Part shown: piece after piece, positions 25,623-35,958 of the stretch
Numbering within the stretch: the first letter of the stretch is position 1
Layout: every line of letters starts with the position of its first letter
Assembly (NCBI GenBank): GCA_965263455.1
Contig: CBDHHN010000001.1
Span: forward strand, 355,492 to 419,491
DNA: 64,000 nt
DNA from: Acidimicrobiales bacterium
GTDB taxonomy: Bacteria; Actinomycetota; Acidimicrobiia; Acidimicrobiales; SZUA-35
Reading direction: 5' to 3'
The notes under the pieces: generated by a model
Told to the model about the DNA's origin: nothing
Seen by the model: only the letters and a program-made list of their open reading frames with translations
Databases searched by the model: none
Translations under genes and position numbers: made by a program

Positions 25623-28205
25623 TCAGCCGATGTCGAGGAACTTGCGCAGGGCGGTCGCCATCTCCTCGCGGACCGGGATGGGCGAGATCAGGATGTCGAC
25701 CGCGCCGGGCGAGGTGTGGGTCTGACCCCGGGCGTCGTGGTGGTTGACCTCCACTCCGGCCTCGGCCATGGCCCGGGCGTAGGCCGCCCCTTCGTCCCGC
25801 AGCGGGTCGAACTCGGCCGTCACCACGAGGGCCGGCGGGAGCCCGGCCAGCGACTGGGCCTGCAGGGGCGAGATCCGGGGATCGGCCCGATCGGCCGGGT
25901 CCGGAACGTAGTGGTCCCAGAACCAGTCCATGAGGCCCTCGGTCAGGATGTAGCCCTCGGCGTTGTCGCTCATCGACGGGTGACGACGGGCTCCGTCGGT
26001 GACCGGTGTCAACAGGACCTGGCCGGCGATCTCGGGGCCGCCGTGGTCCCGGATCTCCTGGCAGACCACGGCGGCGAGGTTGCCGCCGGCGCTCCAGCCG
26101 GCGACCGCCAACCGCCCCGGTACACCGCCCAGTCCCTCTGCGCTGTCGCCCAACCACCGGACGGCGGCCACGGCGTCGTCGACAGCGGCCGGGAAGCGGT
26201 CCTCGGGGGCGTGGCGGTAGTCGAACGAGACGATGACGGCACCGGTCCGGTCGCACAGATCTCGGCACAGCGGGTCGTCGGACACGGCGTCACCCAGCAC
26301 CCAGCCGCCACCGTGGAAGTAGGCGACAACCGGGTGGGGGCCGGGGGTGGAGGGCCGGTACAGGCGGTAGGCGAGGTCGCCCCCGGGCCCGGGGAAGGTC
26401 CCGTCGACGATCTCCCCCACCTCGGGGCCCGGCGGACGCTGCTCGGCCGACTGGGCCATGAAGGCCCGGGCCTCGTCGGGGCTGAGGCTCTCGATCGGCG
26501 GCAGGCCCATGGCCGCCATGGCCTCCAGCAGGAGGTTGACGTCGGGCTGGACCCGCCGGATCACGCCGTCGTTGCACTGCTCGCCGTCGCCCCCCGACAG
26601 CCGGAATCCGAGGTAGCCCTGTTCGACGACCTCGTTGCAGACCTGGCGATAGGTGTCGACCCCACCGACGTAGGGCAGGAAGACCCGAGGCTTGCCCGGA
26701 ACGTTGGCCCCCATGTACCAGGAGTTGGCCTGGGGATAGAGCGTGATGTTGCCGAAGTCGTTGACGTGTTGGACCCAGCCGGCCTGGGCCGTCTCGGTCG
26801 GCTCGATCACCGAGTGGCCGTTCGTCTGCAGGTGGTCGAGGGTGTCGCAGATCCAGTCGACGTGCTGCTCGATGGAGACGGCCATGTTGGACAGCACCGA
26901 CGGGCTCCCGGGACCGGTGATGGCGAAGAAGTTGGGGAATCCGACCGTGGTCAGACCGAGGTAGGTCTGGGGACCGTCGGCCCAGGCCTCGGCCAGCGAA
27001 GCCCCGTCCCGGCCGGTGATGTCGACGGCCACGATGGCTCCGGTCATCGCGTCGAACCCGGTGGCGAAGACGAGGGCGTCGAACTCGTGGGATCCCGCGG
27101 CGGTGTCGATCCCGGTCTCGGTGATGGTCGAGATCGGATCCTTCAGGAGGTCGACCAGGGACACGTGGGGCAGGTTGTAGGTGGCGTAGTAGTCATCGTC
27201 GAGGCAGGGCCGCTTGGTCCCGAACGGGTGGTTGGTCGGACACAGGGCCTCGGCCGTCTCCGGGTCGTCGACGATGCCCCGGATCTTGTCGCGGATGAAG
27301 TCGGCGATGGTCTCGTTGGCCGCCGGGTTGACGGCCAGATCGGCGTAGAGACCGAGGGTGGCGAACAGGCCTCCCTTGGCCCACGCCCCTTCGTAGGCGG
27401 CGGAGCGCTCGTCGGCCGAGACGGCCAGGGCCGGTACCTCACTCGGCTCGGCCGGCACCCCGCCCCGGGACCAGCGGGCCGCCTCCCGGTAGGCGTCGCG
27501 GTCCTGGGCCAGGGCCGACACCTTCTCCTGGTCGTGGGGACCGTTGTGAGCCGGGAGGGAGAAGTTGGGCGTGCGCTGGAAGACGGTCAGTTCGGCCGCC
27601 TCCCGGGCGATGAGGGGGATGGACTGGATGGCCGAGGAACCGGTCCCGATCAGTCCCACCCGCTTGCCGGTGAAGTCGACGCCGTCGTGGGGCCAGCGGC
27701 TCGTGAAATACACCTCGCCGCCGAACCGGTCCGCCCCCTCGATGTCGAGTTCCTTGGGCATCGACAGACAGCCGGTGGCCATGACGTAGTGACGGGCCGT
27801 GACCTCGTCCCCGCCGTCGGTCCGGATACGCCAGCACGAGGCGCCCTCGTCCCACGCCGCCTGATCGACCCGGGTCTCGAACCGGATGTCGCGGCGGAGG
27901 TCGTAGCGGTCGGCCACGAACTCCAGGTAGCGCAGGATCTCGGGCTGGGTGGCGTACCGTTCGCTCCAGGTCCACTCCTTCTCCAGCTCCGGATCGAAGC
28001 TGTAGGAGTAGTCCAGGCTCTCGACGTCGCACCGGGCGCCCGGGTAGCGATTCCAGTACCAGGTCCCGCCGACGCCGGCCGCCGTCTCGAAGCAGACGGC
28101 CGAGCGGCCCATGCCCCGGAGCTTGTGCAGCAGGTAGAGGCCGGCCATGCCGGCACCCACCACGGCGACGTCGACGTCGGGTCCCGAACCGTTGTTGTCG
28201 GTCAT
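25623..28205 (-). CDS. Fusion protein: type I Baeyer-Villiger (flavin/NADPH) monooxygenase (aa ~1-545) plus HSL-family alpha/beta-hydrolase esterase (aa ~560-860)
   Basis: N-half: [46 protein letters not shown]-half: oxyanion FHGGGW, elbow GWSAGG, DPLRDEG. One continuous 860-codon frame. Confidence 0.85.
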   Translation of the reverse strand: MTDNNGSGPDVDVAVVGAGMAGLYLLHKLRGMGRSAVCFETAAGVGGTWYWNRYPGARCDVESLDYSYSFDPELEKEWTWSERYATQPEILRYLEFVADRYDLRRDIRFETRVDQAAWDEGASCWRIRTDGGDEVTARHYVMATGCLSMPKELDIEGADRFGGEVYFTSRWPHDGVDFTGKRVGLIGTGSSAIQSIPLIAREAAELTVFQRTPNFSLPAHNGPHDQEKVSALAQDRDAYREAARWSRGGVPAEPSEVPALAVSADERSAAYEGAWAKGGLFATLGLYADLAVNPAANETIADFIRDKIRGIVDDPETAEALCPTNHPFGTKRPCLDDDYYATYNLPHVSLVDLLKDPISTITETGIDTAAGSHEFDALVFATGFDAMTGAIVAVDITGRDGASLAEAWADGPQTYLGLTTVGFPNFFAITGPGSPSVLSNMAVSIEQHVDWICDTLDHLQTNGHSVIEPTETAQAGWVQHVNDFGNITLYPQANSWYMGANVPGKPRVFLPYVGGVDTYRQVCNEVVEQGYLGFRLSGGDGEQCNDGVIRRVQPDVNLLLEAMAAMGLPPIESLSPDEARAFMAQSAEQRPPGPEVGEIVDGTFPGPGGDLAYRLYRPSTPGPHPVVAYFHGGGWVLGDAVSDDPLCRDLCDRTGAVIVSFDYRHAPEDRFPAAVDDAVAAVRWLGDSAEGLGGVPGRLAVAGWSAGGNLAAVVCQEIRDHGGPEIAGQVLLTPVTDGARRHPSMSDNAEGYILTEGLMDWFWDHYVPDPADRADPRISPLQAQSLAGLPPALVVTAEFDPLRDEGAAYARAMAEAGVEVNHHDARGQTHTSPGAVDILISPIPVREEMATALRKFLDIG

Positions 28206-28316
28206 CTCGTCGTTCCCCCTGTGCGAGCGCCCCCGGGCCCTCCGGAGGCTCTCCTGTAAGCAGTGTCACACATGGGATCGGGTCGGGGCCAACGACCTCC
28301 GGGTCTCCCGGTTCGC

Positions 28317-29111
28317 CTAGTGACCCTCGAACTCGGCCGGGCGTTTCTCGACGAAGCTGGCCAGGCCCTCGCGGAAGTCCTTGGTCCCGAACAGCGGGAG
28401 CAGCGCCAGGTACTGGCGCTGGACATGGTCCTCCAGCCCCTCGGTCATGGCGTGGCGCATCAGGCGTTTGGCCGCCCGGACCGCCAGCGGGGCGTTGGCC
28501 GCCACCTCGGCCGCCAGCACTCGGGTGGCCGCCGTCAGCTCGTCGTCGGCCACCACCTGCGACACCAGGCCCAACTCGAGGGCGTCGTCAGCGGTCAGGG
28601 TCCGGGCCGTGAACAGCAGCTCGGCCGCCCGCGACCACCCGATGATGCGGGGCAGGAGCCAGGTGCCACCGCTCTCGGGCACGAGACCGCGGGCCGTGTA
28701 GGCGGCCGACAGCTTGGCCCCGGCGGCGGCGATGCGCAGATCGCAACCGAGCGCCAGGTCCATGCCGTACCCGGCGGCCCCGCCGTTGAGGGCGGCGATG
28801 GTGGGGGTGTCGATCTTGTGGAGCACGACCGGCGGGGCGTCCCGCAGGGGGAACTCACCGGTGGCCGCCCGCGACGACTCGCCACCGATGCCGGTTCCGG
28901 CCGAGGCCGCCATCACGTCGAGGCCGGCACACCAGGCCCGGCCCGTGCCGGTGATGACGATGACGCGGACCTCCGGGTCGGCGTCGGCCTCGAGGAGTCG
29001 CTCCGACAGGGCGTTCAGCATGTCCCGGGTGATGGTGTTCATCCGCTCGGGCCGGTTGAAGGTGATGGTGGCCACCCGGTCGGCGGTGGCATACAGGAGC
29101 TCGTCGGTCAT
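28317..29111 (-). CDS. Enoyl-CoA hydratase/isomerase family protein
   Basis: ITFNRPERMN, VIVITGTGRAWCAGLD, AALNGGAAGYG. Confidence 0.85.
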   Translation of the reverse strand: MTDELLYATADRVATITFNRPERMNTITRDMLNALSERLLEADADPEVRVIVITGTGRAWCAGLDVMAASAGTGIGGESSRAATGEFPLRDAPPVVLHKIDTPTIAALNGGAAGYGMDLALGCDLRIAAAGAKLSAAYTARGLVPESGGTWLLPRIIGWSRAAELLFTARTLTADDALELGLVSQVVADDELTAATRVLAAEVAANAPLAVRAAKRLMRHAMTEGLEDHVQRQYLALLPLFGTKDFREGLASFVEKRPAEFEGH

Positions 29112-29187
29112 GGCCCGACCCTAGACCCGGACCTGGAACCGATGCCCCTTTGGGTCCCGCTCCGGGGCGCCTTCTAGGCTCGGCTCC

Positions 29188-30108
29188 TTGACCTCCACCG
29201 CCTCCACCGCTGCTCCCGCCGAGCACGATCCCCGCGGCCTCCCGGCCGCCCTCCTGGCCATGGTCGGCTGGGCCGCCTCAGGCGTCATCGCCAAGGGGCT
29301 GGACGAACTCGGCCCGCTGGCCGTGGTGTTCTGGCGGATGTGGCTCTACACCGCCCTGGTCGTGGTGTACCTCCGGCTCCGGGGCACGCCGCTGCGGCTG
29401 TCGTCGATCCGAGCCTCGGCCGCCGGCGGGCTGTCGTTGGGGGTCGACATCATGCTGTTCTTCGTCGCCCTTCGCCTGACCACCGTGGCCAACGCCACCG
29501 TGATCGGCTCCTGCCAGCCCCTCATCATGTTGTTGATCGCCGGCCGCCTGTTCGGCGAGCAACCCCGACGCCAACACTGGGCTCTGGCCCTGGTCGCCCT
29601 GGCCGGTGTTGCCGTGGTCCTGTTCGGCTCCAGCGGACTCCCCGCCTGGAGTCCGGTGGGCGACCTGGTGTCAGTGGCGACCGTGATCGCCTGGACCCTC
29701 TACTTCGTCTTCTCCAAGCTGAGTCGGGGCCGAATCGATGCCGCCCAGTACACCGGAGGGAGCGCGTTGGTGGCGGCGCTCATCTCCACCCCGTTCGCCA
29801 TCGGCTCGGGTCAGGTCTTCGAGCTGCCGTCGGCCAACGCCTGGCTGTGGCTGATCATCCTCTCCATCGGGCCGGGTTTCACCTCGCACATGCTCATGAA
29901 CTGGGCCCTGCGGGAGATCCCGGCCTGGCTCGGCTCGACCCTGACCTTGGCCATCCCCGTGACCTCGACCCTGCTGGCCTGGGCCTTCCTGGGCGAGGAG
30001 GTGGTGCCACTCCAGTTCCTGGGCATGGGCCTGGTGCTCGGGGCGCTCGGGGCCCTCGTGGTCGACCAGAACCGTCGACCCGCCGCGCCCGCCCCGGCAC
30101 CGTCCTGA
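29188..30108 (+). CDS. DMT-superfamily (EamA-like) transporter
   Basis: Ten hydrophobic segments in two EamA-like halves. TTG 29188 is the only in-frame start upstream of the first TM (LLAMVGWAASGVIAKG), so the start is uncertain. Confidence 0.75.
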   Translation: MTSTASTAAPAEHDPRGLPAALLAMVGWAASGVIAKGLDELGPLAVVFWRMWLYTALVVVYLRLRGTPLRLSSIRASAAGGLSLGVDIMLFFVALRLTTVANATVIGSCQPLIMLLIAGRLFGEQPRRQHWALALVALAGVAVVLFGSSGLPAWSPVGDLVSVATVIAWTLYFVFSKLSRGRIDAAQYTGGSALVAALISTPFAIGSGQVFELPSANAWLWLIILSIGPGFTSHMLMNWALREIPAWLGSTLTLAIPVTSTLLAWAFLGEEVVPLQFLGMGLVLGALGALVVDQNRRPAAPAPAPS

Positions 30109-30181
30109 ACCCTGCCGACCCGGGGTCCCCGGCCGATGGGCCGACGGGCCCCGGGCACGGAGCACCAGGTCCGGGGTCTGG

Positions 30182-31150
30182 TCAGGGAGCGAGGACGATC
30201 GGGGTCCAGACCAGGATGTCGTCGCCGACGGCACCGTCGGTATCGACGGCGGCGGCACGGATCTCGAACCGCAGGAGGCGGCCCCGGTCCAGGGCCAGCT
30301 CCTCGACCAGGCGGTGGCGGAACTCGAGCAGGTCGCCCTCGAAGGCGGGTCCGACATGGTCGCAACCGTCCCAGGCCACGACGGTGGCGATCCCGGGCAG
30401 GACACGGCTCAGGGAGGCCTGGGCCAAACCCTGGACGTGACCGCCGTAGACCAATCGCCTGCCGTAGACGCTGGTGGTGGCGTCGCGGTGGACGAAGGCC
30501 TGATTGAAGGTCATCCGGGCCAGCGAGGGAGCCAGGTCGACGTGATCCCGCATGGCGTCGGTGATCTCGTCACCCACCGTCCATTCGGTCGTCGGCAGCG
30601 ACGACAGGTCCCAGTCGGGGGCCAGATCGGCCACCTCGACCAGGGGCACGGGATCCGACGGGCCCGGGATCTCGTCGCCGTGGCCGGGCGACGAGGCCCC
30701 CCGGGCCGCCACCAGCGCACAGCGCTCGTAGCGGACGACGGGACCGTCATCGCCCACCGTCTCGATCCCGAGCCACACCTTGCCCCGGTGCAGATCGCCC
30801 TTGGGGCGGGAGTCGGCCAGGCCCAGCACGGTGGTGGTGGTGCGAAGCGTCTCACCGACCCGGACCGGCCGCAGGAGACGGACCGAACGGTAGTAGAGGT
30901 TGGCGATGGCCCGCCGGGTTGCGGTCGTGGTCTGACCGATCGAGTACTGCATGGCCAGCGACGGGTAGACCATGGCCCCATCCCGACCGCTGACCGCGGC
31001 GTACCGGGCCCGGTCGGCCGACGGGAGGTGCTGGTCGCCCGTGATCATCCGGTAGGCCACGTTGTCGGCCTCGGTCACGGTCACCGGGGGCAGCGGCGGG
31101 ATCGTCATCCCCTGGGCGAAGTCGTCGTAGTAGGGGCCGTCGTTGTCCAT
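30182..31150 (-). CDS. MaoC-like acyl dehydratase (double hot-dog fold, enoyl-CoA/itaconyl-CoA hydratase-like)
   Basis: 322 aa with two hot-dog-like halves (…GDQHLPS… and …FNQAFVHRD…). Family call comes from overall pattern only. Confidence 0.6.
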   Translation of the reverse strand: MDNDGPYYDDFAQGMTIPPLPPVTVTEADNVAYRMITGDQHLPSADRARYAAVSGRDGAMVYPSLAMQYSIGQTTTATRRAIANLYYRSVRLLRPVRVGETLRTTTTVLGLADSRPKGDLHRGKVWLGIETVGDDGPVVRYERCALVAARGASSPGHGDEIPGPSDPVPLVEVADLAPDWDLSSLPTTEWTVGDEITDAMRDHVDLAPSLARMTFNQAFVHRDATTSVYGRRLVYGGHVQGLAQASLSRVLPGIATVVAWDGCDHVGPAFEGDLLEFRHRLVEELALDRGRLLRFEIRAAAVDTDGAVGDDILVWTPIVLAP

Positions 31151-31220
31151 CCGGCGCAGGATAGAAGGACCCCTGGGCCCCCACCGAACTCATCGGCGCC
31201 CGATCGGCACGTCGGCGGGC

Positions 31221-32237
31221 TCAGGCCACGCGACCGGCCAGGTCGAACAGCGGACCCCAGGCCTCGGGCCCGGCCGGTTCGTCCGGCTGGGCCACCCGGA
31301 AGGCGATGATCTCGTCGGCCAGACCCTCGTACTCGGCCAGGCGGCGGGCACAGCCGTCGGGGGTGCCGGTGATGGTCATGGTGTCGATCACCTCGTCCGG
31401 GACCAGATCCATGGCGGCCCGGGTCTCCCCCGCCGGCATCAGCTCGGCCGCCCGGTCGGCGAAGTGGCCGAAACCCAGCTGACGCAGCTGTGAGTCGTAG
31501 TAGGGGTGGGGCACGGGATGGAACAACCCGCACACGGCGGCCCGGGTCGCCTCCCGGGCCCGCTCCTCGTCGTCGTTGACGCTGACCAGGGCCCCGGTCG
31601 GGAAGGCCAGGGCGTCGGGGTCGCGACCGGCGGCGACGGCCCCGTCGCGGGCGCGGGGCCGGACCATCTCGTCCAGGAACCGGGGCGAGGCCATGATCCC
31701 CACCCCCACGCCGTCCGACACCTCTCCCGCCAGACGCACCAGGTTGGGGCCGGAGGCGGCGAGATACACGGGCACGCCGGACGGACGGGCCGGATCCCAC
31801 GAGGCCCGCCACCGGATGCCGTGGATCTCGCCCCGATGGCGGACGGGCTCGCCGGCCCGGCCCGCCGTCACGGCCCGGACGATGGTGAGGTAGTCCCGCA
31901 GTTTGGCCACCGGGCGCTCCGTGCCTGAGCCGAGGTACCACTGGTTGAAGTGCCGGTTGCCGGTCCCGACGCCGAGCACGAAACGGCCCCCGCTCAACTC
32001 GTCCAGGTCCCGGGCCACGAGCCCCGCCAACCACGGATCGCGGGCGTAGGCGTTGACCACGTAGGTGCCGACCGTGACCGTCGACGTGGCCTGGACGACG
32101 GCCGCCGCCGGCACCACGGCGCTGCGGCCCGCCTCCACCGTGTAGAGCGACGCCAGTCCCGCCTCCTCCCCCAGGCGAGCCAGCGTGGTGACGGTGGCGA
32201 TCGAGTCCTCGAAGCCCAGCAACAGTCCCAGACGCAT
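31221..32237 (-). CDS. LLM-class F420-dependent oxidoreductase
   Basis: ATG 32237 (MRLGLLLGF). SLYTVEAGRSA, RFVLGVGTGN. The upstream 60 codons of the track ORF were rejected. Confidence 0.85.
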   Translation of the reverse strand: MRLGLLLGFEDSIATVTTLARLGEEAGLASLYTVEAGRSAVVPAAAVVQATSTVTVGTYVVNAYARDPWLAGLVARDLDELSGGRFVLGVGTGNRHFNQWYLGSGTERPVAKLRDYLTIVRAVTAGRAGEPVRHRGEIHGIRWRASWDPARPSGVPVYLAASGPNLVRLAGEVSDGVGVGIMASPRFLDEMVRPRARDGAVAAGRDPDALAFPTGALVSVNDDEERAREATRAAVCGLFHPVPHPYYDSQLRQLGFGHFADRAAELMPAGETRAAMDLVPDEVIDTMTITGTPDGCARRLAEYEGLADEIIAFRVAQPDEPAGPEAWGPLFDLAGRVA

Positions 32238-32388
32238 GGATCGCACGCTAGGAGCCCCCTGCCGCCCGGTCGAACCGGGCGAATCCACCGATCGATGGAT
32301 GGGCTGACGGGGCGGGCCGTCGTACGGTTCGGCCAGCCGAGGCGATCCGCCACCGACGGGCGCCAACCACCGAGGAGAGGACGACGCC

Positions 32389-32697
32389 ATGGGCCAGTTG
32401 GCCATGATCATCACCACCCGGGCCCAGCCGGGACGGCGGGACGACCTGTTCGACCGCTACCAGGAACACCTGGCCCCCCGGGCCGCCGACAACGATGCCC
32501 AGGAGGTCGTCGTCTGGTGCGCCGACCAGCAGGATCCCGACGTGTTCCATCTGTTCGAGATCTACCGAGATACGGCCGCCCTCGAAGCCAACGCCCAAGC
32601 CTCGTGGTTCGCCGCCTACCTGGCCGAGGTCGGGCCGCTCCTGGCGGGCGAGCCGCAGGTGACGATGGCCGAGCCGCGCTGGAGCAAGGGCGTCTGA
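32389..32697 (+). CDS. Antibiotic-biosynthesis-monooxygenase (ABM, ferredoxin-like) domain protein
   Basis: 102 aa. FHLFEIYRDTAALEAN pattern typical of ABM/quinol monooxygenase-like proteins. GAGGAGAGG RBS upstream. Confidence 0.7.
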   Translation: MGQLAMIITTRAQPGRRDDLFDRYQEHLAPRAADNDAQEVVVWCADQQDPDVFHLFEIYRDTAALEANAQASWFAAYLAEVGPLLAGEPQVTMAEPRWSKGV

Positions 32698-32719
32698 GCC
32701 GGCGACCGCCGGGGTCCGC

Positions 32720-33106
32720 TCAGGACGTTTCCGGCCCCAGGGCGGCGTCGTGCCAGGCTGCGGCCACGGCGGCCCGTGTCGGGCAGCCGGTCCTGGTCAA
32801 CACCGCATGCACGTGGTCCTTGACCGTGGCCACCGAGATGTGGAGGCGCGCCGCGATCTCGCGGTTGCCCAGTCCGGTCGCCAAGAGCCCGGCCACCTCC
32901 CGCTCCCGCCTCGACAGTCGGTCGAAACAGGCGTGGGGGCGGGGCGTGACGAACACGACCGTGGCGTCGCCGGTCCGATCGATCTCGACGGTGTAGGGAC
33001 TGGCGGTCAGGGCCACGATCTCGGCCAGCGGGAGGTGTCCGGGGCGCTCCGCCACCGCCTGCAACAGCTCGCTGACCCCGACCCGGACGGCGACGTCGAT
33101 CCCCAT
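32720..33106 (-). CDS. LuxR/FixJ-type helix-turn-helix transcriptional regulator (small, no receiver domain)
   Basis: C-terminal LSRREREVAGLLATGLGNREIAARLHISVATVKDHVHAVL. ATG 33106 preferred over the track start 33253. Confidence 0.7.
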   Translation of the reverse strand: MGIDVAVRVGVSELLQAVAERPGHLPLAEIVALTASPYTVEIDRTGDATVVFVTPRPHACFDRLSRREREVAGLLATGLGNREIAARLHISVATVKDHVHAVLTRTGCPTRAAVAAAWHDAALGPETS

Positions 33107-33166
33107 GGTCCAGACTCTAGACCGGGGCCGTGAGGGGACGGAGCGGACCCGACGGAAGGAACGGCA

Positions 33167-33592
33167 ATGAACGGCGATCGCACCGTCGACCACTACTACC
33201 GGGCGATGCGTCGTGGCGAGGCGGCGGCCGAGGAGCTCTTCGCCCTGTTCCACCCGGAAGCGGTCTACCTCGAGCCCTTCACCGGCCTGCCCCCGGCCCG
33301 AGGGCTGCCCGCCATCCGGCGCCGCTTCGCCACCATGTGGGCCGAGCCGCTCCCCGATGTCGAACTGGACCTGCTCACGGTCCGGATCGACGGTCCGAGG
33401 GCGGAAACGACGTGGGAGTGCCGATCCCCGGGTCTACCGGGCCCGGTCCGAGGTCGCGATCGGTACGAGCTCGACGACGGTCTGATCGTGCGCCTGGAGG
33501 TGACGATCGTCAGGACTGAATCCCCTGGTCAGCCCCGACGGCCCAGAGCTCACGAAGGCCCGCGCGGCGCCGATCACGAGAAAGAAACGTGA
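33167..33592 (+). CDS. NTF2-like/SnoaL-like domain protein
   Basis: About 120-aa core with an alpha+beta cone pattern (HYYRAMRRGE..., FHPEAVYLEPF..., RDRYELDDGLIVRLE). Weak family call. Confidence 0.5.
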   Translation: MNGDRTVDHYYRAMRRGEAAAEELFALFHPEAVYLEPFTGLPPARGLPAIRRRFATMWAEPLPDVELDLLTVRIDGPRAETTWECRSPGLPGPVRGRDRYELDDGLIVRLEVTIVRTESPGQPRRPRAHEGPRGADHEKET

Positions 33593-33728
33593 CAGCAACC
33601 CGCGACACGAGATCGCACAAAAGAGACGGTCCAGAAACGCGCAAGGGCTGCCGAAGCGTCAGGCTGGTGCTACAAATAACCTGCTGGTAACCATTCGATC
33701 GGCTGCCGGCGATGGGAGAGAACAGGGA

Positions 33729-34727
33729 ATGACTGCGGTCGAGCCGGTGCTCGCGGTGTCGAACCTCACGACGCACTTCAACACCCAGGACGGCGTCGTG
33801 CACGCCGTGAACGGCGTCAGCTTCGAGCTGCGTCCCGGTGAGCTGCTGGGCGTCGTGGGCGAGAGCGGCTCGGGCAAGAGCGTCACCATGATGTCCCTGC
33901 TCCGGCTGATCCCCATGCCTCCCGGCGAGATCGTCGAGGGTTCGGCCACCTTCGAAGACGTCGACCTCATCGAACTCGAGGACGACGAACTCCGGGAGAT
34001 CCGGGGCGGCAAGATCGGGTTCATCTTCCAGGACCCGATGACGTCGCTCAACCCGGTGCTGACCGTGGGCCGCCAGATCGGCGAGTCCCTCGTCCGCCAC
34101 ACCGGGATCAGCAAGCGGGCGGCCCGGGAACCGGCGGCCAAGCTGCTGGAGATGGTGGGCATCCCCGACCCTGAGCAACGGCTCAAGTCGTACCCCCACG
34201 AGCTGTCGGGCGGTATGCGCCAGCGGGTCATGATCGCCATGGCCCTGGCCTGTTCGCCCAAGGTCATCATCGCCGACGAGCCGACCACGGCCCTCGACGT
34301 GACGATCCAGGCCCAGATCATCGAGGAGGTCAAGAACCTCCGCCAGGAACTCGGCACGGCCGTGGTGTGGATCACCCACGATCTCGCCGTCGTCGCCGGT
34401 CTGGCCGACCGGGTCATGGTGATGTACGGGGGCAAGGTGGTCGAGGAGGCCAAGGTCCACGACCTCTACGCCGACCCCCGGCATCCCTACACCCAGGGTC
34501 TGTTGGCCTCGCTCCCCCGCCTCGATCAGAAGGGCCAGGAGCTGATCAGCATCAAGGGTCAGCCCCCGAACCTGCTGTCGGAGCCGACCGGCTGCTCCTT
34601 CGCCCCGCGCTGCGACCACGCCTTCGAGCGGTGCCGGGAGGAGGTCCCGGTCCTGCGGGTCACGGGCGACGAGCACCGAGTGGCCTGCCACTGGGACGCC
34701 ACGACCGGCCAGGAGGCCACCTCGTGA
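33729..34727 (+). CDS. ABC transporter ATP-binding protein, oligopeptide/dipeptide type (OppD/DppD-like)
   Basis: Walker A GESGSGKS, signature LSGGMRQR, Walker [13 protein letters not shown]-terminal oligopeptide ABC extension ([15 protein letters not shown]). Confidence 0.9.
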   Translation: MTAVEPVLAVSNLTTHFNTQDGVVHAVNGVSFELRPGELLGVVGESGSGKSVTMMSLLRLIPMPPGEIVEGSATFEDVDLIELEDDELREIRGGKIGFIFQDPMTSLNPVLTVGRQIGESLVRHTGISKRAAREPAAKLLEMVGIPDPEQRLKSYPHELSGGMRQRVMIAMALACSPKVIIADEPTTALDVTIQAQIIEEVKNLRQELGTAVVWITHDLAVVAGLADRVMVMYGGKVVEEAKVHDLYADPRHPYTQGLLASLPRLDQKGQELISIKGQPPNLLSEPTGCSFAPRCDHAFERCREEVPVLRVTGDEHRVACHWDATTGQEATS

Positions 34728-35818
34728 CCGACACCATGCCCGACACTCCCGATGCGGACGCCGCCTCCGACACCGTCTCGGACACCGTCTCGGACAAGGC
34801 CGCCGTCGCCGGGTCCGGTGACGCCGGCGCCGAGCGGCCGATGCAGGAGACCCTGGTCGAGGTGACCGGGCTCAAGCGCCACTTCCCGATCATGAAGGGC
34901 GTCTTCCGCCGTCAGGTCGGGGCGGTCCAGGCCGTCGACGACGTGAGCTTCAACGTCTACCGGGGCGAGACCCTGGGCCTGGTGGGCGAGAGCGGTTCGG
35001 GCAAGACGACCACCGGCCGAGTGGTCCTCCAGCTCGACAAGGCCACCGGCGGCTCCATCCGGTTCGACGGCACCGAGCTCACGACGCTCGGTGGTGAGCG
35101 GCTCCGCAGCCTGCGGCCCCGGATGCAGACGATCTTCCAGGACCCCCACGCCTCGCTCAACCCCCGGATGACGGTGGCCTCCATCATCGGCGAGCCCCTG
35201 GTCGAGCACCGGGTCGTCCCCAAGGGCGAGATCCACGACCGCATCGCCGACCTGCTGACCGTGGTCGGCCTCCATCCGTCCCACGCCAACCGGTACCCCC
35301 ACGAGTTCTCCGGCGGCCAGCGCCAGCGCATCGGGGTGGCCCGAGCCGTGGCCCTCAACCCCGAGTTCGTGGTGTGCGACGAACCCATCGCCGCCCTCGA
35401 CGTGTCGATCCAGGCCCAGGTGGTGAACCTGCTGGAGCAGCTCCAGGAGGAACGGGGCCTCACCTACCTGTTCATCAGCCACGACCTGTCCATGGTCCGT
35501 CACATCGCCGATCGGGTGGCCGTGATGTACCTGGGACGAATCATCGAGTTGGCCCCGGTCGACGACCTGTACGACAGCCCGATGCACCCCTACACCCAGG
35601 CCCTGCACTCGGCCGTGCCGGTGCCCGATCCCGTGATCGAGGCTCGTCGGGAGCGGGTGATTCTCGCAGGAGACGTCCCCAGCCCGGCCAATCCGCCCAG
35701 TGGCTGCCGGTTCCGAACCCGTTGCCCCCGGGCCGAGGCCCGCTGTGCCGAGGAGGAGCCCGAATGGCGGGAGATCCAGCCCGAACACTGGGTCGCCTGC
35801 CATTTCGCCGATACCTGA
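34724..35818 (+). CDS. ABC transporter ATP-binding protein, oligopeptide/dipeptide type (OppF/DppF-like)
   Basis: GTG 34724 overlaps the upstream stop (GTGA), with AGGAGG 8 nt upstream. Walker [35 protein letters not shown]. Confidence 0.9.
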   Translation: MTDTMPDTPDADAASDTVSDTVSDKAAVAGSGDAGAERPMQETLVEVTGLKRHFPIMKGVFRRQVGAVQAVDDVSFNVYRGETLGLVGESGSGKTTTGRVVLQLDKATGGSIRFDGTELTTLGGERLRSLRPRMQTIFQDPHASLNPRMTVASIIGEPLVEHRVVPKGEIHDRIADLLTVVGLHPSHANRYPHEFSGGQRQRIGVARAVALNPEFVVCDEPIAALDVSIQAQVVNLLEQLQEERGLTYLFISHDLSMVRHIADRVAVMYLGRIIELAPVDDLYDSPMHPYTQALHSAVPVPDPVIEARRERVILAGDVPSPANPPSGCRFRTRCPRAEARCAEEEPEWREIQPEHWVACHFADT

Positions 35819-35903
35819 TCCAGGTTACAGATCAAAGAAGCAACAGGAACGACGAGACCAACAGGTCGCTGTGGCCTAGTTTTCTACAACCGGGTGGAAC
35901 TAT

Positions 35904-35922
35904 CGGAAACGGTCCGTTTTCG
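35904..35922 (+). other. Small stem-loop in the 140-nt AT-richer gap between the ATPase genes and the binding-protein gene
   Basis: cggaaacg-gtc-cgttttcg: 8 bp including one G-U, 3-nt loop. Function unknown (internal attenuator or processing site?). Confidence 0.3.
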
Positions 35923-35958
35923 GTGTTCGCCCGACCGACCAACACCAGTGGAGAGATT

